From Octopus vulgaris (taxonomy: Eukaryota), in contig OX597824.1 of assembly GCA_951406725.2 (NCBI GenBank), positions 45,446,001 to 45,510,000 on the forward strand: 64,000 bases of DNA. The letters are read 5' to 3'. Positions 1 to 12,720 of the stretch are shown here, in pieces. Every line of letters starts with the position of its first letter. The stretch's first letter is position 1. A model generated the notes under the pieces. That model was not told where the DNA came from. It searched no databases and worked only from the letters and a program-made list of their open reading frames with translations. The translations under genes and the position numbers were made by a program.

Positions 1-119
1 CATATTCCCTATGCTAATGTGGGCTGGATGTTTCTACAAAGTACACACCCTAACAAGATTGATACACAGAAATATAAGTATTCATTTCTTCAATCAACTA
101 AACTGAAGTACCTGCTCAC

Positions 120-392
120 TAAATAAATGGTTGAGTATTCAACAGACATGCGAATCCTCAGGTAGAATCAGTATGACACCATGTGTGATAAAGCTGGAAC
201 TTTGAATTACTGGTACAAACCACCCAGTGTATCTTCCAAATAGTTTCTGTCTAGTCAGTTTCAATCATGAGGTTTAAGTTGACCTGAGGTTATGACATAT
301 GACACTTGCCCAAAGGCCATATGGTGGGGATTGAACCCAGAGCCTTGTGATTGAGAAGCAAGCTTCTTAACTGTATGTCCAAGCTATGAGTA
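120..392. mobile_element. Two adjacent decayed SINE fragments (one +, one -)
   Basis: 120-220 matches the tggctgagtattc...tgtgacaaggctg motif repeated at ~56640-56730. 240-392 (gacacttgcccaa...gggattgaaccc...aagcaagcttcttaac) is the reverse complement of the SINE head at 25648. Confidence 0.7.
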
Positions 393-834
393 GTCTGACT
401 GAAGTTATAAGGGAACACACCTTTCTAAAGGACAATGTAACATATGTAACAAGTTGCTGGAAATAGCAATATCAGCAACCACCAACACTGCTTATTTCTT
501 ATATTCTGAAGTTTAATCTATCAGTTAATAAAACAAGTTTGAAAGTTTTGTAGTAGATATAAATTTTAACCATCCAACCATGATGAGCTATTTTTCAACT
601 ATGGCAACCTGTTTCCTAAACATTTTATTATAAAAAAGTATATCAATAAGTACAATAAGTACAAAGAAATTTATAACAGCTGTGATATGATGGTGGACTG
701 CTGCAGGTATTACAATGTGACAAGGTAGATTCTACTAACGTACACAGTCTACTTAACTGACTAAAAGTTATCACATCTGAACATCAAGAAGTAATAAATC
801 TTTGTCAATTTTCACAAATGATTGTCTGGAAAAG

Positions 835-855
835 ACACACACACACACACACACA
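835..855. repeat. (CA)n microsatellite
   Basis: Directly visible acacac run. Confidence 0.95.
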
Positions 856-940
856 AAGCTAAAAGAACATAGGATTAAGACAACTTATTTAACTCATGTG
901 ATATCAACTAGTCACAAACAGCTTCTGTGTTTGTATTTAA

Positions 941-992
941 CCCTTTAGCATTCAGGTTACTTTGTCAAATGTAATGCTTATTTATTCACACT
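941..992. mobile_element. Truncated end of piggyBac-type (TTAA) MITE
   Basis: ttaa|ccctttagcattcag...aaatgtaatgcttatttattcac is the reverse complement of the right end of the full copy at 32682-32901. Confidence 0.8.
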
Positions 993-2329
993 GTGCTCCT
1001 AACACTAGCTTCATAAAAAAAGTTAGCTATTTTACTAAAACCCTCCAAATTCTTGATTATTTCCAAAACTAGAGCAAACAGAGTGTGTTTCAATAGAAAT
1101 ATTAAACTAACATTTTGCATCTGAAATTCATACAATAGCAATTGGTAGAAAATGATGAATTTTAATGACTTTACAAAGTAGCTGAATCTTTGTAGCAAGT
1201 AAAAATATGGACTCAGAAAAGAAACAGAGCAGGAATTATATGCTGGTTATTGATAATAGCAACAATTTAGGTAAATGAATTTGGAATATAGGAATATAAC
1301 TATAATAAAAGATGGATAGAAGTAGAGAATCATGAAGAGAAGTGGGAGGATACAAAGCTGATCTGACACAAATCGGTGAGACAGTTAGTGGGAGAAGTGG
1401 TTATAAACAGGTAGTGATTGAGACTGGTAGTTTAACCCCACCCCAATAAGAAAACAAAAAACCCTCAAATATCAGTTGATGTCCCAATGGCAAACTAGTT
1501 GTCACTAGTTACATATATAAAAAAAGATAAAAATCATTGCCATTAACAAACAAGTTGTAATACATTATAGCCAATTAAAATTAGAGATCCACTGATAGCA
1601 CCAATCACTTATCTATCCAACAAGAAAGAGCAAGTTATTAAGCTGCATTATCAATTAACAGTCTCAAAATTAACATAAGATTGTTAAGATCAAGAATAAA
1701 TTGCATGCAAAAAAGGGAAGATAGTTGTAAAGCAACTAGAACATGTTTAAGATTGATAATTAAGCTTATAGGCATAATTTATTCCTCAGGTTTTCTATAA
1801 CAAACCTGTTTGTAAACTAGCTGAGTGACAAAAAAATTGAGGGCTAAGTTTATCATAAAGATAAATAATGGAACACAGATGAGGTGGTGGTGGAGGGGCT
1901 ATGTAAATACAGCTTAAAGTAACCAAGTGATTCAACTTATCATCACTTCCTCTCAGAGGTCCCAAGCCAAAGTTTTAGCATCTTGTATCCTGCAGCTAAT
2001 GAAAGGATAAACCATTAAAGTGTAATTTTATCTATTTTTAGCTATCAAGGGAATTAAGGAAAACTTGCTGTAGTAAAATCCATATTAATGCTTGAGTATC
2101 TTGAAAAATATCATTGATAATGTTGTTATACACGAGTATGATTAATAAAACAAAGTAAGCATAGTTGTCTATATTTTTTCTTCAATTTCTAATGTTAAAA
2201 CATTTTTAAAAAACTCTCCATCTAAAGAACTTCAGTAAATTTTTTTTTTGATTTCCAGAGCATCATGAAGTTAAAGGGAATGAGAACCAAAAGAAGGGCC
2301 TCAGATCAGCTATGAAACATCTAAAATAT

Positions 2330-3290
2330 TGATCATCTTTTGCATCATCTCTTCAGACCCGTCTTCTTTAGTACTCACTTCTCCTCCACAGCTACATTCA
2401 CCTTGTTAAGTGTCATCAAAGCCTTTTCCATCAAGACTGTCCTTCAGTGAACTGCACAAGTGAAAGGAGGAGGGCACTAGATCTGGGTTGTACAGTGGAT
2501 GGGGAACTAGTGATCAACCAAATTTACTGATTGCCTGATTTTCTGCCAAAAATGTGTACTGTCATGATATATGCAGACTGATTTCAGATTCTTGTTTGGT
2601 CTCTTCCTTCAAATGGCTTCTCTAACGTTATTGAGTGTCTCAATGTACTGCTTGCTGTGCATGGTACAATGACACTCCAGAAAAGCCAAGAGAATGATGA
2701 TCAACAAAAATAGTCACCATAACTTTCTGTGCCAGCTTGAACTTTTTAGGCTATGGAGAAGAGGTGTGATGCTGTTCTATGGACTGAGGCTTCATTTTAG
2801 TATCATCAAGATATGTCCAAGTTCCATCAGATCAAGACAAAAAAAACCCTATCTTCATTGGCTTCAAATGCTTCCAGCAGATCAGATTTCTACACTTTTC
2901 TTTCAAATTGGTCATCAGTTGCTAAGGTATCCATTTTGCACACTTTCTAATATCCAGGTTTTCTACCTTCTTTTGTAATGCATTTTAACCACAGTCCAGT
3001 TGTGCAGCAAGCTCAGAGACTGTGACTTGTCTGCCTGGGTGAATTAGTTTACCTACTCACCAATAATTAATGTCAATAGTCACAGTCGATGGTCTTCAAT
3101 GGTGGTTTCTTCTTTAAACTTCATCCATCTGTGCACATTGCTCTTGCCATTTGAGTCATCTCTGTAACTGTCTGTGGATGTTGGACAGCATTTACTCTTG
3201 CATCATCAAAGAGCAATAATGTTTAGCAGTTGAAAACTGAGTAGTGAAATGCAGAATTAGGTCAGCTGATCATGAGAATCAAATATTGAT
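2330..3290 (-). mobile_element. Decayed mariner transposase relic
   Basis: Minus strand near 2410-2505 reads HPLYNPDLVPSSFHLCSSLKDSLDGKGF, matching the mariner HPPYSPDLAPSDFHLF motif. KKFK..KVMVTIF-like segment at ~2705-2750. Many stops and frameshifts. Confidence 0.8.
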
Positions 3291-3307
3291 CGCTTCGCTA
3301 AAATCTG

Positions 3308-3823
3308 CAGGTGATATAGGTTATTTCCCTTGGGTTGCTTAAATAAAATATTAGTAATATGTAGTAAATAGAAGGATCCATTGGAAGGGCCCTATTATTG
3401 ATTTTTTTTTTAACAATCTAAGCATGTCACTAGGTTCCCAGACATGAGTTCTACTCAGGTGTCTAAGTATAAAAGTTACATTGTCTGCAAAAATTAGAAA
3501 TAGGACACAAAAAATCAATATTCAAAGTAATCGAACATAAACAATGAAACAGGTTATTTCCCTTGAGTGTTTAAAAAACATTGTACAGGTGCTATGGGTT
3601 ATTTCCCTTGGGTGTTTAAAAAATTATTATATGAGGTAGATATAAAGGTCCCTTCAAAGAGCCGTATTATTGATTTTTTCAACAATCTAAGTATGTCACG
3701 AGGTTTCCAGACACGAGTTCTACTCATATGCCAAGTTTCATCAAAATCAATAAAACGATGTAGGAGGAGTTAGCTAACAACTCCACAAACAAACACACAC
3801 CAATTTTCCACATATGTAGTAGA
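3308..3823 (-). mobile_element. Probable non-autonomous Helitron-like element with internal duplication
   Basis: Minus strand begins A|TCTACTACATAT followed by a gtgtgtttgtttgt tract and ...gattttgatgaaacttggca, a layout typical of short Helitron 5' ends. A ~140-150 bp unit is duplicated (3308-3457, 3586-3726). Confidence 0.5.
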
Positions 3824-4024
3824 TTATTATTAGCATCATTTGTTGTGACTCAAACTTGGGCTCTGTTTACTTGCCAGTAAATATGCTATTTTGCAGTCAA
3901 CTAGTTTGAATTACAAATAGCATCTGTTAAGTATTGTTTTGACAATCCACATGAATAATTATACATTATTAAGGAGCATCTTACTGCATTTTGTATGTTT
4001 TATGACCTGAGTGAAACAGATTAT

Positions 4025-4185
4025 TGTTTAGTTCCAGGTCAATTCTGACTGAACAAAGCTTTGATCAAGCTGTTCCAGCCAGGACAATCCCATCTTATTT
4101 ATATCTAAGGTGTCTTTTCTTCAGACAGTAGGGTGTGACTTAAAGATTTGGCTACTGTTACTTGAACACCAAGTAGTCACAAAGC
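4025..4185 (+). mobile_element. Interspersed repeat (gttgtttag..ccaggtcagccct family)
   Basis: Related copies at ~14930, 37915, 39300 and 48350 share ccaggtca/gatcaa/ccatcc and gatttggcta motifs. Confidence 0.6.
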
Positions 4186-4839
4186 TGGTCCCATTTTGGC
4201 TTACAGTAAAAATAGGTATCAGTGGAATTTGACAGAAGAAAATTTGGGGTATATAACTTGATCATTAAAAAAAACCAAAAAAAAAACCAGGAAATGTTTG
4301 GTACACACTTTCAAAAAGGAACCAAAAATTACCAGAAGTGCAATCCAATCATTGGAGGAAAAAAACTTCTTTAATTTTGAAACAATTTATCTGAAGAATT
4401 AGTAATTTTTAAAAAAATAGTAGTAGTAGTAGTAGTGATTTTGACCCATTCTGGTAATGTATGTTAATTGTAACAAAGCTATGATAATTATTAGGAAAAG
4501 CTTCTATTAAAAATAAAATAGCAAATTGCTTACAGAAGGCAAGCAAAATAGATCTAAACTCCTATTCTCTCTTTAGACTACCATGACAAACTGATATGCA
4601 TAATTATAGAAGTTCTACTGCTAGTTCTGTATGATTGGTATAATTAATACTGTTATTATAACATATATGAGTCTTTTAACAGGAAGAGGAAATTATCTGA
4701 AATTTTCTAAATTTCATTGCATGAGAAGCACCAGAATAAATAAAAATTAAATGACCCACCAATAGATAAACTGGATTTTATAGAACTATTTGATTCTCAT
4801 GATATATGTGTATATATCATGCATACACACATAAAACAG

Positions 4840-4995
4840 ATTCCTTTCCCTTTCCACCTATCAAACCCACTCATAAGCATTTGGTTGGCTTGGGCTGTAG
4901 TAGAATACACTTGTCTAAGGCGCCATGCAGTAGGAATAAGCCTGAAACCATGTGGTTGGGAAGAAAACTTCTTAACTACACAGCCATACCTGTGT
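4840..4995 (-). mobile_element. SINE family A, 5' part
   Basis: Reverse complement of the head ggcatggctgtgtggtaagaagcttg..cccaaccaca seen at 25648. Confidence 0.8.
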
Positions 4996-5089
4996 GCATG
5001 CACACACATACACACTAGTTCATTAACTATCAATTACTACAAGGACTATATAACAAACTCATTAATAGTCCTTCTTTTACTTGATATAA

Positions 5090-5285
5090 AAACTAAGCAC
5101 AAGGCTACAAATGTGGGAACAGTTTATTGTATTGCCTGCAATTCTTGACTTTTACAGTTATTTTATTGAGGCTGGAAGGATGAATGGCAATGTTGATCTC
5201 AGTGAGATTTGAACTTTGAGACAAAAGCTGCAATGAAATATCACAATGCGTTTTGTTTGTCATTCTGACAATTCTGCCAGTCTAA
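5090..5285 (-). mobile_element. SINE family B, decayed
   Basis: gaaggatgaatggcaatgttgatctcagtgagatttgaact...acaattctgccag is the reverse complement of the copy at 46034-46247. Confidence 0.7.
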
Positions 5286-5314
5286 TGTCCCAAGAAGCCT
5301 ATTAATGAGAATAC

Positions 5315-5530
5315 AGGGTGGTGAATTAAGTGAACCATTAGCATGTTGGATGAAATACCTCTCTGTGCATAATTGCAATCCTATATATTCCGAGCTTAAA
5401 TCACACCTAAGTCAACATCACCTTTCTCTTCTTTGAGGAGTGGGGTCAATAAATTATAAGTCAAACACTATAGGCATTTCACATGACTAAAGTACCCTGA
5501 AAAGTTTTGGCCTTGTGCCAATATTAGAAA
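5315..5530 (+). mobile_element. SINE family B, decayed
   Basis: ttagcatgttggatgaaatac...gtcaacatcacctttc...ggggtcaataaatt...ttttggccttgtgcc aligns by eye with 46034-46247. Confidence 0.65.
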
Positions 5531-8504
5531 TCTGGTAACTGTTGTAAAGTTAGAGGTAAATTCCTTCCAGACTAAGTTTGGGATCCAAGTTTTTATTTCA
5601 CCCATTTAATAATATTGATTCAAAAGGAAGGTATCTTGTAATTTCAGTTACCCAACCCCTAAAATAAAAGGTTGAAAGAAAAAAAATTCAACAATAATAT
5701 GAAGAAGGAATTGACTTTCTATTCCAGGTTTTCTACAAATTCAAAGTTTCATACTTAACTGGTAAAAAAAGAATAATATCAATCCATATATATACCAAAG
5801 GGAGGGAGAAATAGAGCAACAAAATAAAAGAAAATCCAGGCACTTTCCACAAGCAAACATCAAGTGAGATAAGTAAAGCATGTGTTAAACCAGACTGAGT
5901 TATGACACCTTATGTATGGATTTATGATTTACTGGCAACTTCCCTGAATAAGTAATCTAGCTTCTGTAGAGATTCTTGCAAACTTCATCATAAACACTGA
6001 ATGCCTTCACTTAAACTTAGCCACTGACATCACAGACCTAAATATATACATAAATTATTATTTCAAATGAGAGACGTAATGGCTAAACTTACATCAGAGT
6101 TGGGTTTTTAGTTTTAATTAGCCCTACTAACAGAATAATTATGAGCATGACATAGTTATTTATTTGATATTTCCAATTAAGTGTCAATATTTTTTTTAAA
6201 TTTGAGTGCTTCACTTTCAATTTATTTTTAAATGTCAGTTATGTACTTCTGTAGATGACTTAATTATGCCTAGTAATATATAAGGATTTGTTACTATAGA
6301 ATGTAAATAGATATAGACACTCAAAACAGACAGAAACCAATAGTATCAACTATAATTGAAAATAATTTAAAATCATCTGCTGCAATCTACTACTTAGTGA
6401 GTGAACTAAAAATTTAAATGAACAAAAAAAAAATTCTATATACATTTAATTTAGAGAGTAGTGCTCGGCCAATAAGAAACCTTATAAAGTAAAATGTAAT
6501 AAGAATTGAAACAATAAAGATAAAATCAAAGAAAAATATAAATCAATAACAACAAATAAGAGCAAACAGAAACAACTTTATTTCAAATTGTCAAATCAAG
6601 TTTTCCAGGTCAGTAAACTTGCTAAATATAGATCAATAGATTTCTTGTTTGAAAATAAAGATTAACTCTCAAGAGTATTAATTGTAAAAGTGTAGGAGGA
6701 TAAACTGGAAGTAAAAAGAAATTTTATCAAATAATTTCAAGAATTTGAAAAAACAAAACAAAATAAATCAGAACCACCTAAATATTGTTAGGTACAATGG
6801 TACAGTGTTTTGGCTTGGAAAAGTAATCTCATGAGAAGTTAAGGAATTGGCTGTTAAAGTTAGTTTGAGTATGTTATCACAAGACAGATTATCAGCAGGT
6901 TTGTTGCATTAAAGGAATAAAATTTTTATCCAGAACAAGGATTAAAAAAATAACAAAAAACTCCCAAAAACTTTACTTCTAACAAATGATTACTCACTGT
7001 GTTATAGGTCTCACCACCTCCAGTTATCGTATATGATGTACTGAAACTAGGGATGAAGTTCAGAGAAATATTTAAAACCTGAATTACTTTAAGGATTTGT
7101 AAATTTGATAAGCATATCATTTTAATCATGGCAGGCAAATTAGCTGCAATAGAGAGGGAAAAAAAAGAAAAAAAAAAACTTTATATAGTGCAAAAGAGAA
7201 GCAACACTGCCTGATTTTTTTTTTTTAGGAACTCTACTACATAACAAGGGACATTTATAGACTTGCTTTAAAATTATCTTGGACTGATAATAGTGTCAAA
7301 GGAAGGAAGTACTTTAATATGTAAAACACTCAAGATTAGAGGAGTAGATGATACCCCAACACCACACAGCTCCACCATCATTTTATTATTACTAAAGAGA
7401 ATATCATGTCCACTCTTACTCAATGCAGTAATTTTTATGACATTACGAATAAAACAATTTTTAAAAAAATGAATAATTATATACTAACAATGTCATACAT
7501 TCTGGGGACTATTTAAATAATCTATCAAATTATCTCAACTATATTATTAAAACCAGGCTGAACAAATATTAATAATAATAATAAAAGCAAAGTAATGAAG
7601 GTGTTAAATTTGATTGACTTTGTGGGCCAGATAAAAGCATAAGCCAGATGTTGTGGGCTCAGATTAAAGTATACACTAGGTTTTGAGGGTCAGATAGCAA
7701 CAATTATTCATAACACCCTATTCATTATGCAAGTCATAGTAGATGAATATACATTATAACACTTTTATTAACAATAAAGAAAGGAATTAATGTAAAGCGT
7801 TAGTAAAGTTTATGAGCAGAAATGTGGAAGAAAAGCTCATCCACATGATATATATATAGCCCTATTAAGTAAAAGTTCTTAGAGTAAGAATGGAGATAGA
7901 ATCTGTGCAAATGAATATAAATAGTTCTTGGGAAAAACCAAATGCTTGATAGAAAGCTTGCATTGTTTCAATTGCAAAACCTTTCGATATCATTCATATC
8001 ACTAGAATCCATTTGGACAAACATGAGAGTAAACATGAAGGAAAAAACAAAACCAAAAAAATCTTGTTTGGCACATTATGTAAAGACAAAATAAAGGAGA
8101 AAGATGTCACTTCTTTTAATATATGTATTCATAAGCATTTTGTTTTTCGCTGGTCAAGGTAGCAAAAGATTTTCTAGAATGCACTGATTCTGAACATATA
8201 CTGGTGATATTTTAGAGAATATTTTAAAATTAAAACACTAAAAACATTTTGTGTTTTTTTTTTTATAAAACTGAGCTGGAGGCCAGAGTAAACATTGCTA
8301 TGGGCTAGATCTGATGCAGATTGGTGATAAAGATAGAAAACTCTTGTCAACAATGGGACTAGGGAAAAACAAACAAAAATAAATCTTAATATAACAAATA
8401 AAATAAGTGAAACAAAACCTAAATATAACAAAATTAGAGTTATGGGTATGCTATACAGCTATTAACAAATAATAGGTTGAATCTCCAAATATTTATCAAA
8501 TATA

Positions 8505-9764
8505 TTAGGTTGTTTCACATGAAATGTCGTATTTGAAAGGTAACAATAGAATGTTTCAGAAGTGTTAGAGAACTGATTCTTTAAAATCAAAATATGATCT
8601 ATGTTCATTTATGATGTTTACCCAATGTTTCTCTATGTCATATATTCCATCTTTAAAAAAAATTCATCTTTTTCCTGTGATAAACTGTCCGAATGCTTCA
8701 ATTACTTCTTTATTTAAGAATGTTTTATTACTTATGAAAAGTTCAAAATATTTTAAAAAGTGATGATCACTAGGAGCGATATCAGGGAAATAGGGAGGAT
8801 GTTGCAAAATATCAATTCAGGTTTTGCTACTTTTGGACCGTAGCTTGAAGAATGTGAGGACATGCATTGTTGTGGAGCAAAATTGGGCCATCACTATTTA
8901 CTAGCCTGGGTTGCTTCTTTTTCAAAGTCTCATGCATATAATCAATTTCCTGGCAATACAATGTTGCTGTTACAGTTTTTCCTTGTTGCAAAAATGAATA
9001 ATGAATAACTCCCTTCGCAGACCACTATACAATGACTACTAACTTTTTAGGGTGCAATGGTGGGTTTGGGTAGTGTTTAGGTGACTCTCCTGCATCTAAT
9101 CGTGGTCCTGTTTTGCTGTTGTCAAAGAGTATCCATTTCTCATCACAAGTAATGATTTGATGCAAAAATGGTCTTTTTCCAATCGAGAAAGCAATAAGGA
9201 GCACACTTCAAGGCATCTGTTTTTTTGAATCTCGTTCATCGATATGGAAGAAACCTATCCGTTTTCTTGACTTCTCCAATTTTTTACAGGTGTCCAAAAA
9301 TAGTTGTGCGAGATGTTTGGAGTTCTGATCAAAGTTTTTGAACCTTTGTTCAACCAAAGCATTCAATCCATCATGATGAATAACTTATTTTGGCCTAGCC
9401 TCCGGTTTATTTTCAAGGCTATCATCTCCTGAACAAGAACTTTGGAATCCTCTCTGAACAGTTCTGATGTCAACAAAACCATTACCAAAGGCCCGCTTGA
9501 TATTCCATAGAACTTCTGCAACAGAGTGACCCAGTTTGTACTCATACGAGAAAATTACTCAACATAGCTTGGTTGTTATTCCAGCATTAGATCACAATGT
9601 GTGTGGTTAAATTGTGTGTATGCTTAACCCTCTTTCAAGGAAATCAGGCTGTCCTGCCATCAAAATGTAATATAAATTAGTAAGGTAATGGTCTAAAACA
9701 GAGCAGAGTAATTTGAATTTTCTTATAGGGCCTACGGGAAGAAACTAATTACATGGCAATCTAA
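8505..9764 (-). mobile_element. Near full-length decayed mariner (~1.26 kb)
   Basis: Minus-strand PPYFPDIAPSDHHF (~8760-8800) and C-terminal FFKDGI..EKHWVNII...YFD. Imperfect ends ttaggttg.. / ..caatctaa. Length is typical of mariner. Confidence 0.8.
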
Positions 9765-11429
9765 ACTAAGTTTAATCAGCTGTCACATTCCATTATTTTA
9801 TTTCTGCATATTTTATTAATTCCACAGAGATAGTTAGGTTGGTATTGAATCTAAGTTACAATATAAGCAAATGCATTTATCAAACAACCCACATCTTTTT
9901 ATTCACCATGTATGCTTAAGGATCTTGATCTGTTCAGATTAGGACATTACATTTTTATGTCCTACTTTGATTAAGTATTGGAATTTAAAGGCAATATATG
10001 AGGTAGTTTAAGTTACAATAATTTGTGGTGTAGCTGTTACTGATTTTATACACTTCATTCTTACCTTCCTTCTTTTTATACTCTTATTAATTAACCCAAA
10101 TAGGTTTGTATTAAAAACTGATATCTTAATTCAAGCTATAACAAATTATCTTTATTTAATACCTCTCTCTTTCTCTCTCTCTCACACACACACAATTCAG
10201 CTGAAATGTAATTTTACTTTAAATGTCATGAACAATAAACCTTTCATGACAAAAAAAAAAAAAAAAAAGATCTGTACATCTTTCATTCATTATTTATTCA
10301 CAATGGCTGCTTGCTATTAGTTTAGTTTAGAATCCTACATATGTTCCAAGATCAGCATCGAGTAGTCTTTGTAATGGTATGTCTCTTTCTCTCTCTCTGT
10401 AGATATGCTAATTCAGATTTCATGTAGCAAAACAAAAATCAAACGTGTGCTTGTGTGTGAGAAATAATTTGGAACATAAACTCAAATGAAATTTCTGAAG
10501 TAGTTGATGCAACACTCAAAGATTTAGATGGTTTCAATGAATGGCTAGGAATCCAGTGATGCATTTATGATAAGTGTTAATACTCAGATTAAAAACCGAC
10601 CCAAATTTTCTTGCATGCCCACTCCCCTTAACTACATCAAAACAGCTGATTCAGGAAGACCACTCAGGCATTACGTATTCCTTTTTACATATGTACTCAA
10701 CAAAAGACATTACTCAAGTCCATATATAGGTTTGCCTAATTTGCTTTCTGATAACAGAATTTCAGTGAATATACCCAACTTCATTGGACTTTCTATTGCA
10801 TATAACCAATATTGCTCTGACACATTTTGATTATTAAAACCATTGGTAACTTAAGGATTATAAATAAAAAATTAAATCTATTTAGCAGAAAATAAGCAGA
10901 CAATGGTTTATTCTACTTGGAAGTAATCACTCATTTGTATGTTCTACAGTCAGTCAGGCAATATAGATTAGTTTGGTTATCAATTGCTTAACTATATCTA
11001 TGTGTATTGGTTAAATTGATTTGAGCAAATGCATAAGTAGGCATATGAATTTACAGATGATTCAGAAAGTAAAGAACAGTGACTGAAATGGGGAGGTGGA
11101 AAAGGATGGAAAATACTTGGAAAGAGGATGGTCAAATAATTTGAATAAGACATAATGGTTGGCTCTGATATATATTTTATATTTGATGACATCATGAAAA
11201 GAGCCCAGTTAGATACTAGAACTCAAAGAGAAATCCAACTGAGTCAATAGTTTTGAAAATTTGTAACATAAACTAAAGGTGAAATTCCAAGGTTCTTAAA
11301 ACTTTATATAATTTTTGCTTCTTTTGTGTGAGAACCATAGAAAGACAAAATGAGATGTATACACGCACACATATCTACACTGACACACCCATACATTATA
11401 CATTTTACACAGTTTATTTCTGTAGTTCA

Positions 11430-12720
11430 ATGTGGAAACAGTTGCCAGTCTATCATTTTTAATTCCAATATTGCTAACTTTTGTTTTAATTGTATTTTTG
11501 ATTTAGTCTTTTCTATATGATCCAACTCAAATATAATATCTATAAACCTACAAAGAGTGGTTATACCCAACAATACTTCAATGTTTTAATGCCACACTTT
11601 TAATGAAATGGTGATCTTTGGTAGCTCTCCTTGAAACCAGAATCCATAATTCTAATTTAAAAAACAGCTTCTCTTTCATAATGGTAATGAAATAGTAAGC
11701 AATTAATGTGTCCTTGAAATAATTTGTTAATTCTTCTAGCTTAGGAAGGATAACATCTTGCTGAGATTCAATTACTTAAAACAAAAGTTAAGGCTGGTAA
11801 ATATCCTTCAATGTTATATCCTTAAATGAGGTTGAATTATAGATATTTTGAATATTCATCCATTCTTCTTTTGGCTGAGGTGAAAGAAGGACCCCACTTT
11901 TTGAATGTCCCCCAAAACAGTTGGAAACACATTTTGGAGTGCTTTTTCAAATTCAGTGAGCAGAGTATCTGGCTTAAAATTAAATTATTTCATTAGTAAT
12001 CTTTCACATGAATCTTGTTTTATTTTGCAATGTGTATGTCTGTACATATAACAGTGGAAATACATAACCTTCAAAAACCATATGAATTACATGGTTTATA
12101 GAAAAGGTAAGGGGTTAGAGACTATTTTAAATGTATTATCTGCAAGGCAGTGTCAGTATTCTTTAAGGAGTTCAATATTTTTGATGCACATAAAATACAA
12201 ACAATCTCATGCTATTGTTGGCTTCAACACTGTGCGCAACTAAATATTCAGATAATAAAATACCACATTATCAGACGCTGGATTTGGCTTACCATCTGCT
12301 TTTCTATGATGCTGAACAGTTTGTTGTAATGAAGCATATTGCTGAAGTAGAATCTTTGCTTTATCTGGCAAAGAGGCTTCTATCTGTTGGATAACTCTCC
12401 CTATTATATTATTAGATGCTCCAGTCCTCTCATGAATATTTGAAAGTGTCTATTTCATTGGTGATATTGCTGGCTGCAGTACATGGCCATGATCCATGAC
12501 ATTTTTCAATAAACTTCCATTAATGTAGATGTGGCCTTTGCATTTCTCTTCAACACAATGCCAAGACTTTTTTCTATTTCCAATTTTTCTATCTAAACAG
12601 TAGTAAAATTCATTTAGCAGAATGCGATTTTGCCTTTTGTCTGATATAATCCATTCCACAAGGTTAATTAAAACTTTTGCAATGGATGTTAAGATTAGAA
12701 AAATATTGTTAATGACAAAA
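11430..12720 (-). mobile_element. MULE (Mutator-like) transposase relic with FLYWCH finger
   Basis: ORF 12450-12743 contains W.C..EKCKG...DHGH (FLYWCH-like). Downstream minus-strand fragments LADNTFK (cf. DGTF), GYVFPLLY, LLTEFEKAL (cf. DFE.A) and GSFFHLSQ (cf. GC.FH..Q) occur in MULE order. Confidence 0.75.

Noticed and set aside
1880-1900. ggtggtgg run that could encode poly-Pro of an Ena exon
   Set aside because: Only five Pro codons, weak acceptor, non-coding-like flanks.
4797-5148. Overlapping 70-109 aa ORFs
   Set aside because: They lie over SINE and microsatellite sequence; low-complexity translations.
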